DNA of 62,504 nt, counting the filler, from Catajapyx aquilonaris (taxonomy: Eukaryota): the NCBI GenBank assembly GCA_000934665.2. It is 2 parts of 2 records of this genome, joined end to end, with 100 filler letters (N's around TTAATTAATTAA, not from the genome) between each part and the next. Parts side by side here need not be neighbours in the genome. Positions count along the whole stretch, not along the records: positions 1 to 31,145 come from JYFJ02004578.1; 1 more part is not named here. One strand, written 5' to 3'. Position 1 is the first letter of the stretch. Each line of letters begins with the position of its first letter. The notes beneath the pieces are model-generated. The model saw only the letters and a program-made list of their open reading frames with translations. It ran no database searches and had not been told where the DNA came from. Below are positions 1 to 11,732 of this stretch, in pieces. The position numbers and the translations under genes were made by a program.

Positions 1-772
1 AAACCTGCCATGGAAAGAAAGGGGAAGAATGCTTAAGAAAAAATAGCCATACCTAGAGCGAGAAAACCAGAATTCATATTTCAACTGCTGAAATATATGT
101 AAGAAGTTTCAGACACATTTACCTTCATTACCATGACTCTCAACCGTCACAACTCACCTTCCTTTCTTTGTTGGTGCTATTGGTGAAGTGGATCCATCTG
201 AGGGTGGCGGGGGAGGGGGAGGGACAGTGGCGGATACAGAGAGAGCAGTGTGATCTTCTGTGGGACTGGTCTTGTTGTGATTATTTTTCAGGAAGCCTCG
301 GCCAATGTTGAACCTTCCTGTCGGGTCGTTCGGGGGGCTGGAACCACAAGAGGGATGGGGGGGACGTACATTCAGAATGGCGCTGTGACATGCGGCACTA
401 CCGTGGTAATGGACTAATACATGGCACATAAAAGTGCAATTTCTTCAGATCAGTGTTGCCCATAATTACATTAGCAATGGAAAAAAAAAATTCATCATTG
501 TTTCACTCCTATGAAAAAACCTGTTGCTATTGGCACATAAACACTGGTGCTATCGAGCACATCATCTTTATCATACCGTATTACCGCTCATAAAGCGGCA
601 TGCTGGTATAAAACGAGGTCGACCAGCATGCCGGTTCAGGGTTGATGTCTCATTGTGTATAATTTCTAAATTAAACTTATTGCAGGTATGTATGTTAAAT
701 ACGTCTGTACTATGACACTAAAGCAGGCATATTTAAGATAACACGTCCAAAGGGATAATCTCCCACGACGTA

Positions 773-821
<49 letters not shown>

Positions 822-3800
822 TAAGATAACAAATGTTGCAATTTCATTTCGTAGTTGGAAACTAACCATAATTAATGCTATTTTTCAAGCAGTGGCAAGT
901 CAGAAAATCATATGAAAGGTTAATGGTTTGGGTACGAAACAAATACTACTGTATTTCACTCAGCAATTTGCTCAACAGATGAGAATATTTCAGCATATGG
1001 ACACACCCCACTCACTTGCCATTTAAAAACACACTACTCAGCTTACTAGAATAACAGCTTATAAGGGACCAGATTCATAACATTACTTAAAACAGATGTG
1101 GCGTTACACACGAAAACTCTGCATAACGAATCTTGGACACAACAAAAATGTGTCAATAAAAATTTTGGTTCCAATGCAGGACATTCAGTGTGTGTATGTT
1201 GCACTTGCACATGAGGAAAGCTGTTCAGGACAGACAATCTTACTGACCTGAGTGATTCCACTACAGACTGGTTTTACTGCATTAGTGCAAGGGTATAATT
1301 GAGCAAGTTCCTCATTCCCCATACCTTTTAATTAAGACAACCACTTTCACTGAACCAAAGCGGCAAATCATTTATGTTCTATCTAATAAACAATCATGCC
1401 AAAGTTGTCTCCAACATATGTCATTCCACATGGATGGCAAACACTAAATACATGCTATTTAAAAAAAAAACATTGAAATATCCCAAGCATTAAGACTGAC
1501 ATAACTGGAGAAGAAGGTTATGTTAGGAGAATTTCGATATTGAAAAAAGTTTGTTATTAGAAAGAAAATTCAGTACAAGGACAAGAGGAAAATTTGCAAT
1601 AAGTTTACAGCCCTAGTTTTCCGTTATCGAATTCAAGTGCACATATCTGGTAGATTTAGAGAGAGCTCAGTAATCAAGTAGGGCTATGACCTACATACGA
1701 GGATAAATAAATCAACAAGTTCTTCATAATTACTTACAACCAAAATAACTCTTTTTACCCTCATAAATTGTGAAAATTTGTTGATTTTCTAATTCTGCTT
1801 GGCCTATAGTGTTGTGCAAACATTACCTCTGCTGCTAATTTTCACGTTAGCAAGGGTCAAAATACAAGTCAAAAGGCGATATTCCAAAGCCACAACACCT
1901 GTATCTGGTCGCGTGTCCCTGGTTCCTGCTGACTGGTCGCCGCGACTGATATCAGTGATACGTAAATGATTGATTAAACTTGATTAATAAATTGCTACAT
2001 AAAATTGATTTCGAAGCATGAGAGGTGATATTCTACTCATTCGCACCACCCTAGAGCATGCTACAGTCGTGGCAACTGGGGACCTGTGACCAGTTTCAAA
2101 AGAGATTCAAAAGGCTTGATAAGTAATTTCCTGGCTCAATGCACAAGTGTGTTGATGAGTAAATTTCCTGTAATGCAGGGTGATCCAACAAGGTACATTA
2201 TTATGCTGCTTTCTAAAAAAACATAAAACAATAAGTTATTTGTAGCAGTCCAAATTACTTTCACCTCAGGGGGGCTTGGGCTAATGCTGGTTCCGGGGGC
2301 CTGGGGCTTCGGCTCCGGTTCTTCCTTGGGACAATATTGACTTGGAACGTTTCGTATGCCCCGGCCCCAGACTGTATGGATCTGGGAGCCGGACATTGTT
2401 GGTTTGTTGCCCACAGGTGGTAAGGCCTCTGGCTAATTACACCTGCAATTCTTTTATCTATGGTACCTCAATACCAATTGAAAAAAAAAAACTTCACTCA
2501 TAAAACCAGTCTCTGAATAAATTACTACTGTAACTGCAGATTACTGCAACACAAAGTTAACTTATAGTATAAAATGCCTGCACATGTTCACTAGAATAAA
2601 AACTACATGCATGTACGGGGACCTCACAGGAAACCGCAAGCTCAGTGACAGTACACAAAAAAGTTTGAACAAATATAAGTACACCATGCATGTAAGTGAA
2701 ACCCAAATAAACTCTAAAACTTAAGGGCATGACACAAGACCAAAGAAAGCACAAGTGCCAGCTACCTCTTCAAAAACGAAGAGGCCAGCTACACCCAACA
2801 TCAGCTTAATACTTACTATCTTTGCCACTTGCCAGTGACCTTATTGAAGTAGCCAGTCTTGAGCGGAGGTTCCCCATTCAGAGCTCTCTGGTGGTTGCGC
2901 CCCATGTAGTGCTGCTGTGCATGTAGGTCAGAGGTAAAGCTTAGATCGCACACCTTGCAGTAAAGTTTATCTGGGTCAATCACTTTCTTGGTAGCCACAG
3001 CCTCTTCTTTCTTGAGCCGCTTTGGCATTGGTTGGCCGTGTTCCTTGGCCCAATTTACTAAAAACATCCGCACCTTCTTTTGGTGCTGCTTCCCATTGTA
3101 GTGCATACGTGCTTGCACCGTTGAGTTCATCTGCAAAAGTGACACAATAATATTGTGTAGCAAGTGCAGTCTAATAAGATGTTTTTCGCACATAAGTTAT
3201 TAATAGTGCTGCATAGCACTGTAAGTATTGGTTCCAAGATATTAGCCCAGTCAAGTAACAAAATCTCTGCAACTGGAAGTTACTCATAAATTAATATGCT
3301 AGTCTCAGATTCCCCCTTTAAAGAATGTGGACAGGGCTGATTATCATTTAAATGTTTCTTCAAAAACTTACGTAGAACTTGGGGTTGTCCACAATATCAT
3401 GCTAATATGGGTGGAGTAGAGGTCAGCATGACAAACCATGCAATGGGGAGACAAGAGGGAGGGAGAGAGGTTATCCTGAAGTGAGATCTTGATGTCTCAC
3501 TTGAATGTCATAACAAAACCATGGCTAAATTTAACAGTTTTATAATTACACTATTGCACACTCTTGAAGGAAACAGTGCGTGATCCTGACTCAAACCATG
3601 GATGGCCACGCAACACATGAGCAAGGCAGTCAATTTTTTTTCCAGCATCAAGCTAATCCTGAATTTTAAAATATTTGGTATTTTTATATGAAAAACAAAT
3701 CAAAATCATTTTTATTATAACGAAAAATGAAATGCTGGCCTCATGAAGAAATCTTCTAAGAGATCACATCAAAGGTGGACTTTACACTACTCCAGATTAT

Positions 3801-6800
3801 GCCGTTACAGGTGCAAACTAATATAGGAATGCAGCAAGAAGCACTTGGGGCATATCAATAATGAAATGTTGCATGTGTGTCCATTAGACATGCATGTCAG
3901 AAGCAAGATTTTGCACAGAGATCACAGTTCACTCCACCTGCTCTCTTTACTGTTTCGTTGGAAAGACTGACAGTGGGAGGTAAAGAAAGTGATGCTTTTC
4001 TTTTCTACTTGGAATTTGCTTCACATTGCATGCCACTTATCAGAAACACAAGCTTCACAGATCTGGGAGTACTGCGGCTAGTACATTTTCAGAAGTAAAT
4101 GGCAAGCTAGTCGAAACAATGCTTATTCAGGAGGACTTGACTCAATAGCTGTGAAATATGCACTGGGCACAGAATATTCCAGTTGCACCTGATGAGCTTA
4201 GTGTGCTCTTTCCTGCTTGCAATGACTGCACTAGTTAAAATACTTGCATTCAAAGGAATCAATAATGGCTGCATGGAATGGGCAGGTTGTAGTGAGACAG
4301 TACCTTCACTATGCACAGATCGCACAATAGGGCGTGGAATTTCTCAGTCAGTTCCTTTGGCAGCTTGTCCTCTGATATCACCTCCACTTTGCCACCATTG
4401 TCTACACCTGAAATTGCAACGCATTTCATTACATTTGCAAATGCACAGAACTCGTCATGGAGCAAGATTACCACTCATTCAAAATGGTTCAACTACTTGA
4501 AAATTATTCAGTGCCACAATAGAAGTGCATAATTAAAATAAATGTGAGAGAGTATTCCAACCACGAGGCACCTAAAAAATTCCTCCCAGTATCATCAATT
4601 CCAAAACGATTACGTATCATCAAGCAGCTATGTTACAATATAAACAATTCATTTAAAACATGTCATAAAAAAACTCTTATAATGCACTACTCCAAACATC
4701 CAGCAAAAAATCTATATAATCAGAAATAGCTTATAATGAATGTTGCAAAGTCGAAAACATTATGCTCAAAGTAACAGCCTCGACAGGTTGACAATGTCAA
4801 TTCCAAATATGGCTGCAGAAAGTGACCGTTACTGCACATTAAGTATGCAAATTCTCATAAGGCAAGCCCATGCCATTATGAGCAGCCCCAAATTATGGTG
4901 CTCAAATATCACCCAAGGGACATTGTTGATGTGACCATCATATCCCCCTTCATTACAAATGTAATGGTGTGCAGGGGTTATCACCCTACCTCCCACTTAG
5001 CAAGGTACTAGTTCGAATTTGCAAGACTAGAAATAACACTCGACATGTCCCACATGGTGAAGACAGATCCCTTCATTGTGTATCTCAGCTCTTACAAGTT
5101 TTCCATGGTCACTAATTAATTCATAAATAATGAAATGCCTAGATAATTACACATGATGACATGTCATCTCTATTGGGATTATTATGTAAGTCCTCACAGG
5201 ACAATCCGGGATGCAGCTGCAGCAAACCTAGATTAGTCCAGCCAATATAAATACGCACACAGCCCCAATGTTGCCAAAGAGACTGGATACGTCCCTACGT
5301 AACTCTGTAATGGATGCAAGAAACAAATAACAACACACCTGATGAAGAATCTTCCGCAGTCTGGGTGCTTGATTCCCCTACCCCATTAGTTGCTTTCTCA
5401 GACTTGGCTACAAACTCTGCTTCTCCGTCCTCCTCCATCCCATTCTGCCCATTTTCTTGCTTCACATGTACTTTTGCTGAGGTAGCAGGGAGCGGGGGTG
5501 GGGGAGGTGGAGGAGGGACCAGGGACTTACGAGGAGAGCCGCCCCCCACCTGATGCTTCCCAAACTGGGGGCGGAATGGGGGGTAGGAAGGAAATAATCG
5601 GGGACGGTAAAAGCTATCATACCGTGGTGGGTAGGGGTGGTAGGGAGGAGGATAGCGACCCATTGACGGCTGCGGAGGTAGCATCGGTGGAGGGAAGCCT
5701 CGCATGCCTGGAAAGAAATCATTCCATAATCAGTAATGAGCTAGGAACCAAAGTAACAACGTGTTATCCCACAAGTGCTGCATCAGAACTCGTGAGCCAC
5801 TACTGTTCTTCCATAGCTGTTACCCTCAGACAACAGCAGCTGTAACTAGTTACTAGACTATTTCCACTTCAATCCCACCAAAGACCAACTGAAAAGGTTG
5901 GAATGACCTAGGTATGACCTATTTGAACAGTCGCCTAAGTGGGAGGCATGAAACAAGCAACCAGACACTTGCCAGTCTCCTCCGGAAAGAGTGACGACGG
6001 GAGATAAGGATAAGGTGAAGACGAAGGTCAAGGTTAATTGCCTAGGGGTCCAATATCAGAGCCATGCACTGGCGAGTAACTAAAATACTTCAACTCTAGC
6101 TCCATGAGGTGCATTTCATACCCAGTTCATTCCTGTTCTAGTTTATTTTCTAGCAGTAATATCTCAACTAGATGCAAGGAAAATGTACTCCTTACCAAAC
6201 AAGTGTTGTTTATATTCCACAAATACTTGATTTCAAAGATTCCCGCATAAGTACCGTATTTGACAGCATACTCTATGAGGCGCACTGGTATATAAGATGC
6301 ACCCCCATTTCAGCAGATCATATGCAGAAAGAAAAGTTATCAGTGAATTTTTGCATATAAGATGCAGGGCGATTTTTTGGGCCTTTTCTCTGGGGCGGGG
6401 AATGCACCTTATATGCAGTCAAATACAGTACTTATCAAGTCTTGTTCTAACTATTTCTATCCTTTCATGGTAAACGTAGTAATTCCTTCCCAAACTGACC
6501 TTATCTTTTGAACGGCAGGCATATCCTGTTGCAGTAGTTGCAACCGGACACTCGTGAGACCGCACCTTACTGTATGCACCCGTCACATCAGTTCCTGCCC
6601 CAGCCAGTACAAACCGCTCAAAAGTCAGCCTTGAAATTACGCCTATCAAAGCATGTCTGCTGGAAACCCTAGTACAGGAAGTCCCCGGTCAACGAACAGG
6701 GTTATGTTCCTGAAAATGTCCATAAGTCAGATTTGCATGTAACTTGAATCCCTGAGCAAGAGCGTGTATATACAGACTAAAGATGCTGCTTCAACAAACC

Positions 6801-7336
6801 ACTTATGTCATGTGTGTTTGTTTACATGCATGGTCGAACGTATTTTCCCAACTATTTATTAATTCCGTTGGTCTTAACGAGGTGGCCAGTTCACCGCTGG
6901 CTACTCCTTTATGGGTATTAAGCCGTGATCTAATGAATGAATTTGTTCATTATACAGTATTTATGTTGAACTTGGTGTTAGTTAACGTACGCAGACATGA
7001 TTCAAAGTGGAGAATTCGTAAGTATGGATCCCCGTAAGTCAGGTCATTCGTAAACCAGGGATTTCCCTGTACATAACAGATCCAGCAGCTTTTTCTTCAG
7101 AGGTCAATCTCCTGGAAACAGCTACCCAAGTAGGCCCCTTTCCACCCGAATGACTCCCAGCAATTCTCATAACGACCTGATCAGTCACCATGCACTTGTT
7201 AAATCCTGGTATGCTTTCAGTGCTATGGCCAACCCTTCTCTTGTGGTTCCATCAGTCCTAGCCAGCCCCACGACGCTGGTGTTCCATCAGGGTCATATCC
7301 CCCTAACCTACCTGGCGGCATCCTGGCCGGATCCAT
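1..7336 (-). CDS. Matrin/U1-type C2H2 zinc-finger protein (ZMAT/ZNF385-like), 3'-partial; coding exons 7336-7312, 5707-5339, 4407-4304, 3130-2817, 337-158, 4-1 (continues off window)
   Basis: All junctions are GT-AG and phase-consistent (1,1,0,2,2). The spliced protein begins MDPARMPPGMRGFPPP (Pro-rich), then has two long-spaced fingers, CDLCIVK|MNSTVQARMHYNGKQHQKK and CKVCDLSFTSDLHAQQHYMGRNHQR, typical of dsRNA-binding matrin-type fingers. Confidence 0.85.
730..831 (+). mobile_element. Tiny 5'-truncated retroposon insertion with (TTA)n tail
   Basis: Direct repeat tatttaagataaca at 730-743 and 818-831 (target-site duplication) encloses ~30 nt of unique sequence plus (TTA)n. Confidence 0.6.
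6254..6428. mobile_element. MITE with CCGTA-type termini (Tc1/mariner/pogo superfamily)
   Basis: TA|ccgtatttgacagcata ... tatgcagtcaaatacag|TA inverted termini. Confidence 0.55.
6675..7069. mobile_element. pogo/Tigger-like MITE
   Basis: TA|caggaagtccccggtcaacgaa ... ttcgtaaaccagggatttccctg|TA, with cgtaag subterminal motifs. Confidence 0.6.
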
Positions 7337-7913
7337 CCCTGTAGTGTCCTCTTCCAGCAAAGGAGCCGGGCCTCTTCTTTTCTGCCTGCCCCCGGCGTGT
7401 AATATGGAAGCCCCGAATCGATGTGCGTGCCGGCAATGGGAGTGCGCCTGTCCCTCCCCCGGCCTCCCCCGCTGTACCTCTGCCCTCACTCCCGGGGGGC
7501 CTGGCTGCCGGCAGATCTTGCTGTGGTTGGTTGGGGGGTGTCCGCCCCTGTGTGTCCGGCAGCCGGGCTCAGACCCGGGGGCGCACGGGATGGAACCAAG
7601 CAGACGAATGTCACCGGGGTGGGTGGCTCGGGAGGGGAGTGGGGAAGGAATCGAACAATCCGGTAGTTCCGAACCGGGGCGGCAGGTGGCAGCAGAGTCT
7701 GGGCCGCATTCCAATCAGCATCGAGGGCCGATTGGCCCACGATCGGCCCCTGTGGCGGCACGAACAGGCCCGATTCACACTGCAGCCTTTTTTTTCTCTC
7801 TCTCTCTCCAGCAGTTGCAGGTAAAGCTCACTGCTACGTGTCGTTGGCAAAAGGTAAGTTGGCATCGGTCCAACTGATGCTGTCACCTTGAAGGGCGGGT
7901 TGTAACAGCTGCC
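7337..7913. promoter_or_regulatory. GC-rich bidirectional promoter/5'UTR region between the zinc-finger gene and the C7orf25 homologue
   Basis: Divergent ATGs at 7336(-) and 7914(+); CpG-rich; candidate 5'UTR donors on + near 7820 and 7855 with an acceptor at ~7908. Confidence 0.6.
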
Positions 7914-9484
7914 ATGGAGGACATTGTGAGCATACTGGATGAGAAGCTGAGCACTGGAGAAGGGCTGCTGGACACCCTGGCGCAGATGGATGAGATCACC
8001 GGAAAGGCCAAGCTGGAGAGGAAGATCAAGCAGGAGATCAAGTTCCTCAGGAAGGTGCGGTGGCGGCTCTTGCCAGGCTAGGTTTACAATGCGGATGACT
8101 GTTTTGTCTGATTTGCAGCTACGGCAGGATGGGGTTGAGCGGCGTGAGCAAGTTACTTGTAGCAATTTGCTGCATTTTCATGCCCTGGTTCAGTGCCTAG
8201 AGAGCTGCAGTGAGCCGGTGGGTGTCCTGCAGCGATTCCTTCTTCATAATGATGAGAATAGCAGGAAGAGGGTGATAGTGGATGTGGTCGCCCAGGGGGG
8301 GAGGGAGTGGATCAAGGTTGTCGCACGCAATCCAAAGGCCTTGCATCTCTTGTCCATGGGTATGAACACTTCATCTTACAAGGGGATGGTGGGATACAAC
8401 ACTGTGTAACCTTCATTGTTGCTTCCCATCATAGGTGAAGGTGGTTATGGCCAGCGCACCATCCTTGACACGGCATCAGACTACCTCATGTGCTCTGCTG
8501 CCCATCCCTACCTCTTCCAATGTCCTCGAGTCACCTTCCGCTTCTCATGCGGAATCACAGCCTCCCTAGCTTCGACCCTTGAATCGTCAGGCGTGTCAGT
8601 CTGGGGCGCCATCATTCCTGACACAAACCCCATGGCTCAGGTTACCCAATCTGATCCCCCACCTGTCGCCTTGCCTACACCAATCAAGCGACTCAACTTG
8701 GACGTGACTACCCTGGTGGCCTATGTCTCATCCCTCTGTAACGGAAATTCCTCCCTAGTCTTCCGTGAATCCGTCCTGACCCAGCAGGCAGAGTGGGAGA
8801 GACTGCGACCTGTGAAGCCTGTACTGGATGACCTCTTCTCTGCACCCAATTGCGTGCTACTGGTGTGTCGGGCTGCACTTGATGATTTCCAGCAGATTGT
8901 GGGCACAGTTGGTGGACCACTGGAGCGTTCCAGGGCAGAAGAGTTCCTTGAAAGGGTCGCAGTTGTGGATAACCAACCTTCAGAACGAGCAATGAAGTTG
9001 TGTCTTGGTGGGAAAGTGAAGCGGCGATCCATCCTTGTGTTTGGGACAGGTGACCAACTGCAGGCCATCACCGTCACAGCCAATGCTAGATTTGTTCACG
9101 CCGCACGTGGTCAGGTAATGTTGCTCAATTGTGTTGCATTTAGTATAACGGGATATACAATGAAACTTGTCTAAAGTGGAGTTGCTCTATTATGGGAAAC
9201 AAAAAGGATTCTGTACTTTGCAGAATACATTTAAAATACCAAAGCAGACAAGCATGCTGTATTGTGAAAATTCCCAAGGTACGCAGTGCCCATCATAGAC
9301 AGCTTTCTCTGTATCATGTCATTGACTTGAAATTCTTTATTACGCTTTACTATTTTTAACAAGCGCAGCTAATCTAAACGTGTTCTACTCCATACACAAA
9401 CAGGGAGTGGACTTCAATGTGTTTATCCATGAATCCAGGGCACTGGCGGAAGAAAAGGAAAAAGATGCAGAAGCGCTGCCTTGA
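7914..9484 (+). CDS. C7orf25: UPF0415 protein C7orf25 homologue (DUF1308 family), 380 aa; exons 7914-8054, 8119-8359, 8435-9114, 9404-9484
   Basis: Family motifs KLERKIKQEIKFL, CSNL, VDVVAQGGREWIKV, RLNLDVTTLVAYVS, GGPLERSRA, VFGTGD..AITVTAN..FV.AA..QGV.F.VFIHESRAL.E.KE; GT-AG junctions in phase. Confidence 0.92.
9336..9341 (-). terminator. Candidate polyadenylation signal of TTC12-like gene
   Basis: AATAAA on the minus strand ~160 nt past the stop, inside the last intron of C7orf25. Confidence 0.4.
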
Positions 9485-9502
9485 TGTTTTGGAGAAGTAG
9501 CA

Positions 9503-11732
9503 CTACTTCTTTTCCTTGCGCATGAACTTGCTCTGGTAATCTGTAAATAAACTTGTATTTTTGGCACAGGTATGCATTGATAAGACTTGCTTTTCCCCTT
9601 CTCCAACATGACCTCTAACAAATGCAGAAGAGTCCGTATCAAGTGGTTCTCACCTTCCCTCTTTATCTATGCAAATTGACTCATTACTTTCAATGTGGTA
9701 ACCCATTATGTTTTCTTCAATTATGAAATATTGCTTTTTGGTTCATTATTATCAGAAGGCCAAAGTGAAAATTGGGATTTACAATAAAACACCATCTGAT
9801 AGCACACTCCTTAGTATAATAAGTCGACGGTGTGTTCCCAATCTCATGAGAATCTGTCGTAGCAAGAGCAAGAAGCCATGTTCTCCAACCGAATTGACTG
9901 TTGACTTCTTGCTGGCATTAAAAATTATTGAATTTGCCTGAAAGCTCTTGTGCTTGCGAGCTTGGGAACACACCTTCATTACCTCAAAATTCAGGCACCA
10001 GGCTATCACCTGCAATCTCAATTGCCTTCTGGGGGTGCTTCGAGCGTGCCTCCGCTATGGCTGATTCAGACTCATTCATCTTCCCAATTTGGGCAGTGGC
10101 ATTAGCCTTGTAGAGCAGGGCCCTGTAGCTGTCAGGGGCTAGCTTCAGGGCTGTATTACAGTCATCAATGGCCATGCTCCACAGACCTAGCTTCAAGCAT
10201 GTGCTTGCACGATCTGTGTATATAGCACTACTGTCCTTCACGTGTTCAACGGCCTGCAAAATCCGTGGAGATATTGCATGAGCATAGTGGTACTGATGCG
10301 CCTCCCAACACATTATATTAACCACTCAATCAATTTCTGCCCACACATCTGGTACAGGGTGCCCAGCAAGTCAGGCATGTGCTTCAATATGGCCAGACTT
10401 TGGGCAACTGTCATGTGAGTTCAAAGTACTCCACTGCATCATGTATTTTGTTACATTTAAACTGTGACTTGTTACTTTATAAGCCGTGCATGGCCAATAT
10501 TTTCATGAGCATTCTTACTTGATATGTGCAAAGAACAAGTACAGTACAGATGAAAGGAACTGCTAGTGAAACCAAACCTTATTGTATAGATGGAGAGCTT
10601 TTGTGTAGTCTTCTTTCTTAAAAGCCTCAGCAGCCTTCTGCTTGAGTATAGCCGCAGCTTCCCTGCACTCCCTCCTCCTCTGGGCCCTTTCATCTGCATC
10701 CTTCTCCACGGATTGCATGAAGGACTCCTGTGACATCTGCTGAGGCTTGTCCATATCTTGGAAAGCCTTTTTGTTGATAAGAGTGCGGTCGTTCTTCACA
10801 AAGCACTTATCCTCATCCACTGTTGTAGGTCCTCCTCCTTTGCCACTCAGAAACAAGTCGGCCTTTCTTGTTGCCTCTTCCGCTTTATTAGCATCTCCTG
10901 AGGACATACCACGAAGTATTGAAGCTGGAAAAGGAGACCAATATTTAAAAAGACTGCCTTGAGAACCCTTGCAAATCACTAAATGAGAAGAGGCTGAAAA
11001 ATACACATGCAATCTTAAGCGCATAAGGTGCAGTTGGCACAACTGAAAATAAGTTTGTTGACAAAAGATTTGCCCTTGCTTCTCATAAATAGGTTTACAT
11101 CTCCAACAATGATTTAAAATATAAATCTTTCGCCAACAATCTACCCTCAGTGGTGTGGCCAGAGCTGCGTCTCATAAGTCGGAGCAATCTATCACTACTG
11201 AACAGTGTTTCAGTCGAGCATCAGCTGACTTTCTACCTTATGCCCAGATTGCTGTCCAAAAATCCACAATGCAGTATTCACAGCCTGTTGGAAAACAATG
11301 TAACATGTAACAATAGGAACGTCAGAAACACATGAAGCTGAGTGCATATTCAAATAAGTCGAAGCACCTTTTCAGTGGTTGAGAGAAATTGCTACTTTAA
11401 TTGCATTTCTTGGGAGCCCTGGTTTGTCTGGACTTACTGGATTTCACTTGCACTGCTTGGGTACTGTATACACCTAAACCTGAACAGTGATGAACCACAA
11501 TTTTCATTCTGCATCATTCATATTCCCATACTCTGCATGTCAACTACCACATTGGCATCATACAGTAGAAAGTGATTCAGTGAGGTTTTTTTCACATTCA
11601 CTCCTGATGGACATGAACAAATTTGAATGTCACATACCCAAAGGCTGCATATAAGCAACAATACTTACTGACTTCATCAATTCTGGCGAGGTAATTATTG
11701 AGTTCTTCGTCCTCCTGGTTCTTGGAAGCCAT
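9503..11732 (-). CDS. TTC12: Tetratricopeptide repeat protein 12-like, short form (~230 aa); exons 11732-11669, 10924-10578, 10253-10010, 9540-9503
   Basis: N-terminus EELNNYLARIDEVTSILRGMSS, the DRTLINK and SQESFMQSVEKDADERAQRR motifs and three TPR-like repeats match the TTC12 N-terminal region. Junctions are in phase. The last exon (DYQSKFMRKEKK*) is inferred; an unspliced stop at 9984 is the alternative. Confidence 0.82.
9546..9551 (+). terminator. Candidate polyadenylation signal of C7orf25 homologue
   Basis: AATAAA ~60 nt past the stop, followed by a T/GT-rich tract, inside the last intron of TTC12. Confidence 0.45.

Noticed and set aside
2136..2441. ORF/acceptor as an extra exon of the zinc-finger gene
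   Set aside because: It overlaps a repeat module and gives an immediate stop in the required phase; 2817>337 splices cleanly.
4180..4230. CTGATGA cores (also ~36856 minus, 42470, 62318) as hammerhead ribozymes or C/D snoRNAs
   Set aside because: By eye I found no matching GAAA/stem architecture or terminal stems; an Rfam scan would be needed to exclude them fully.
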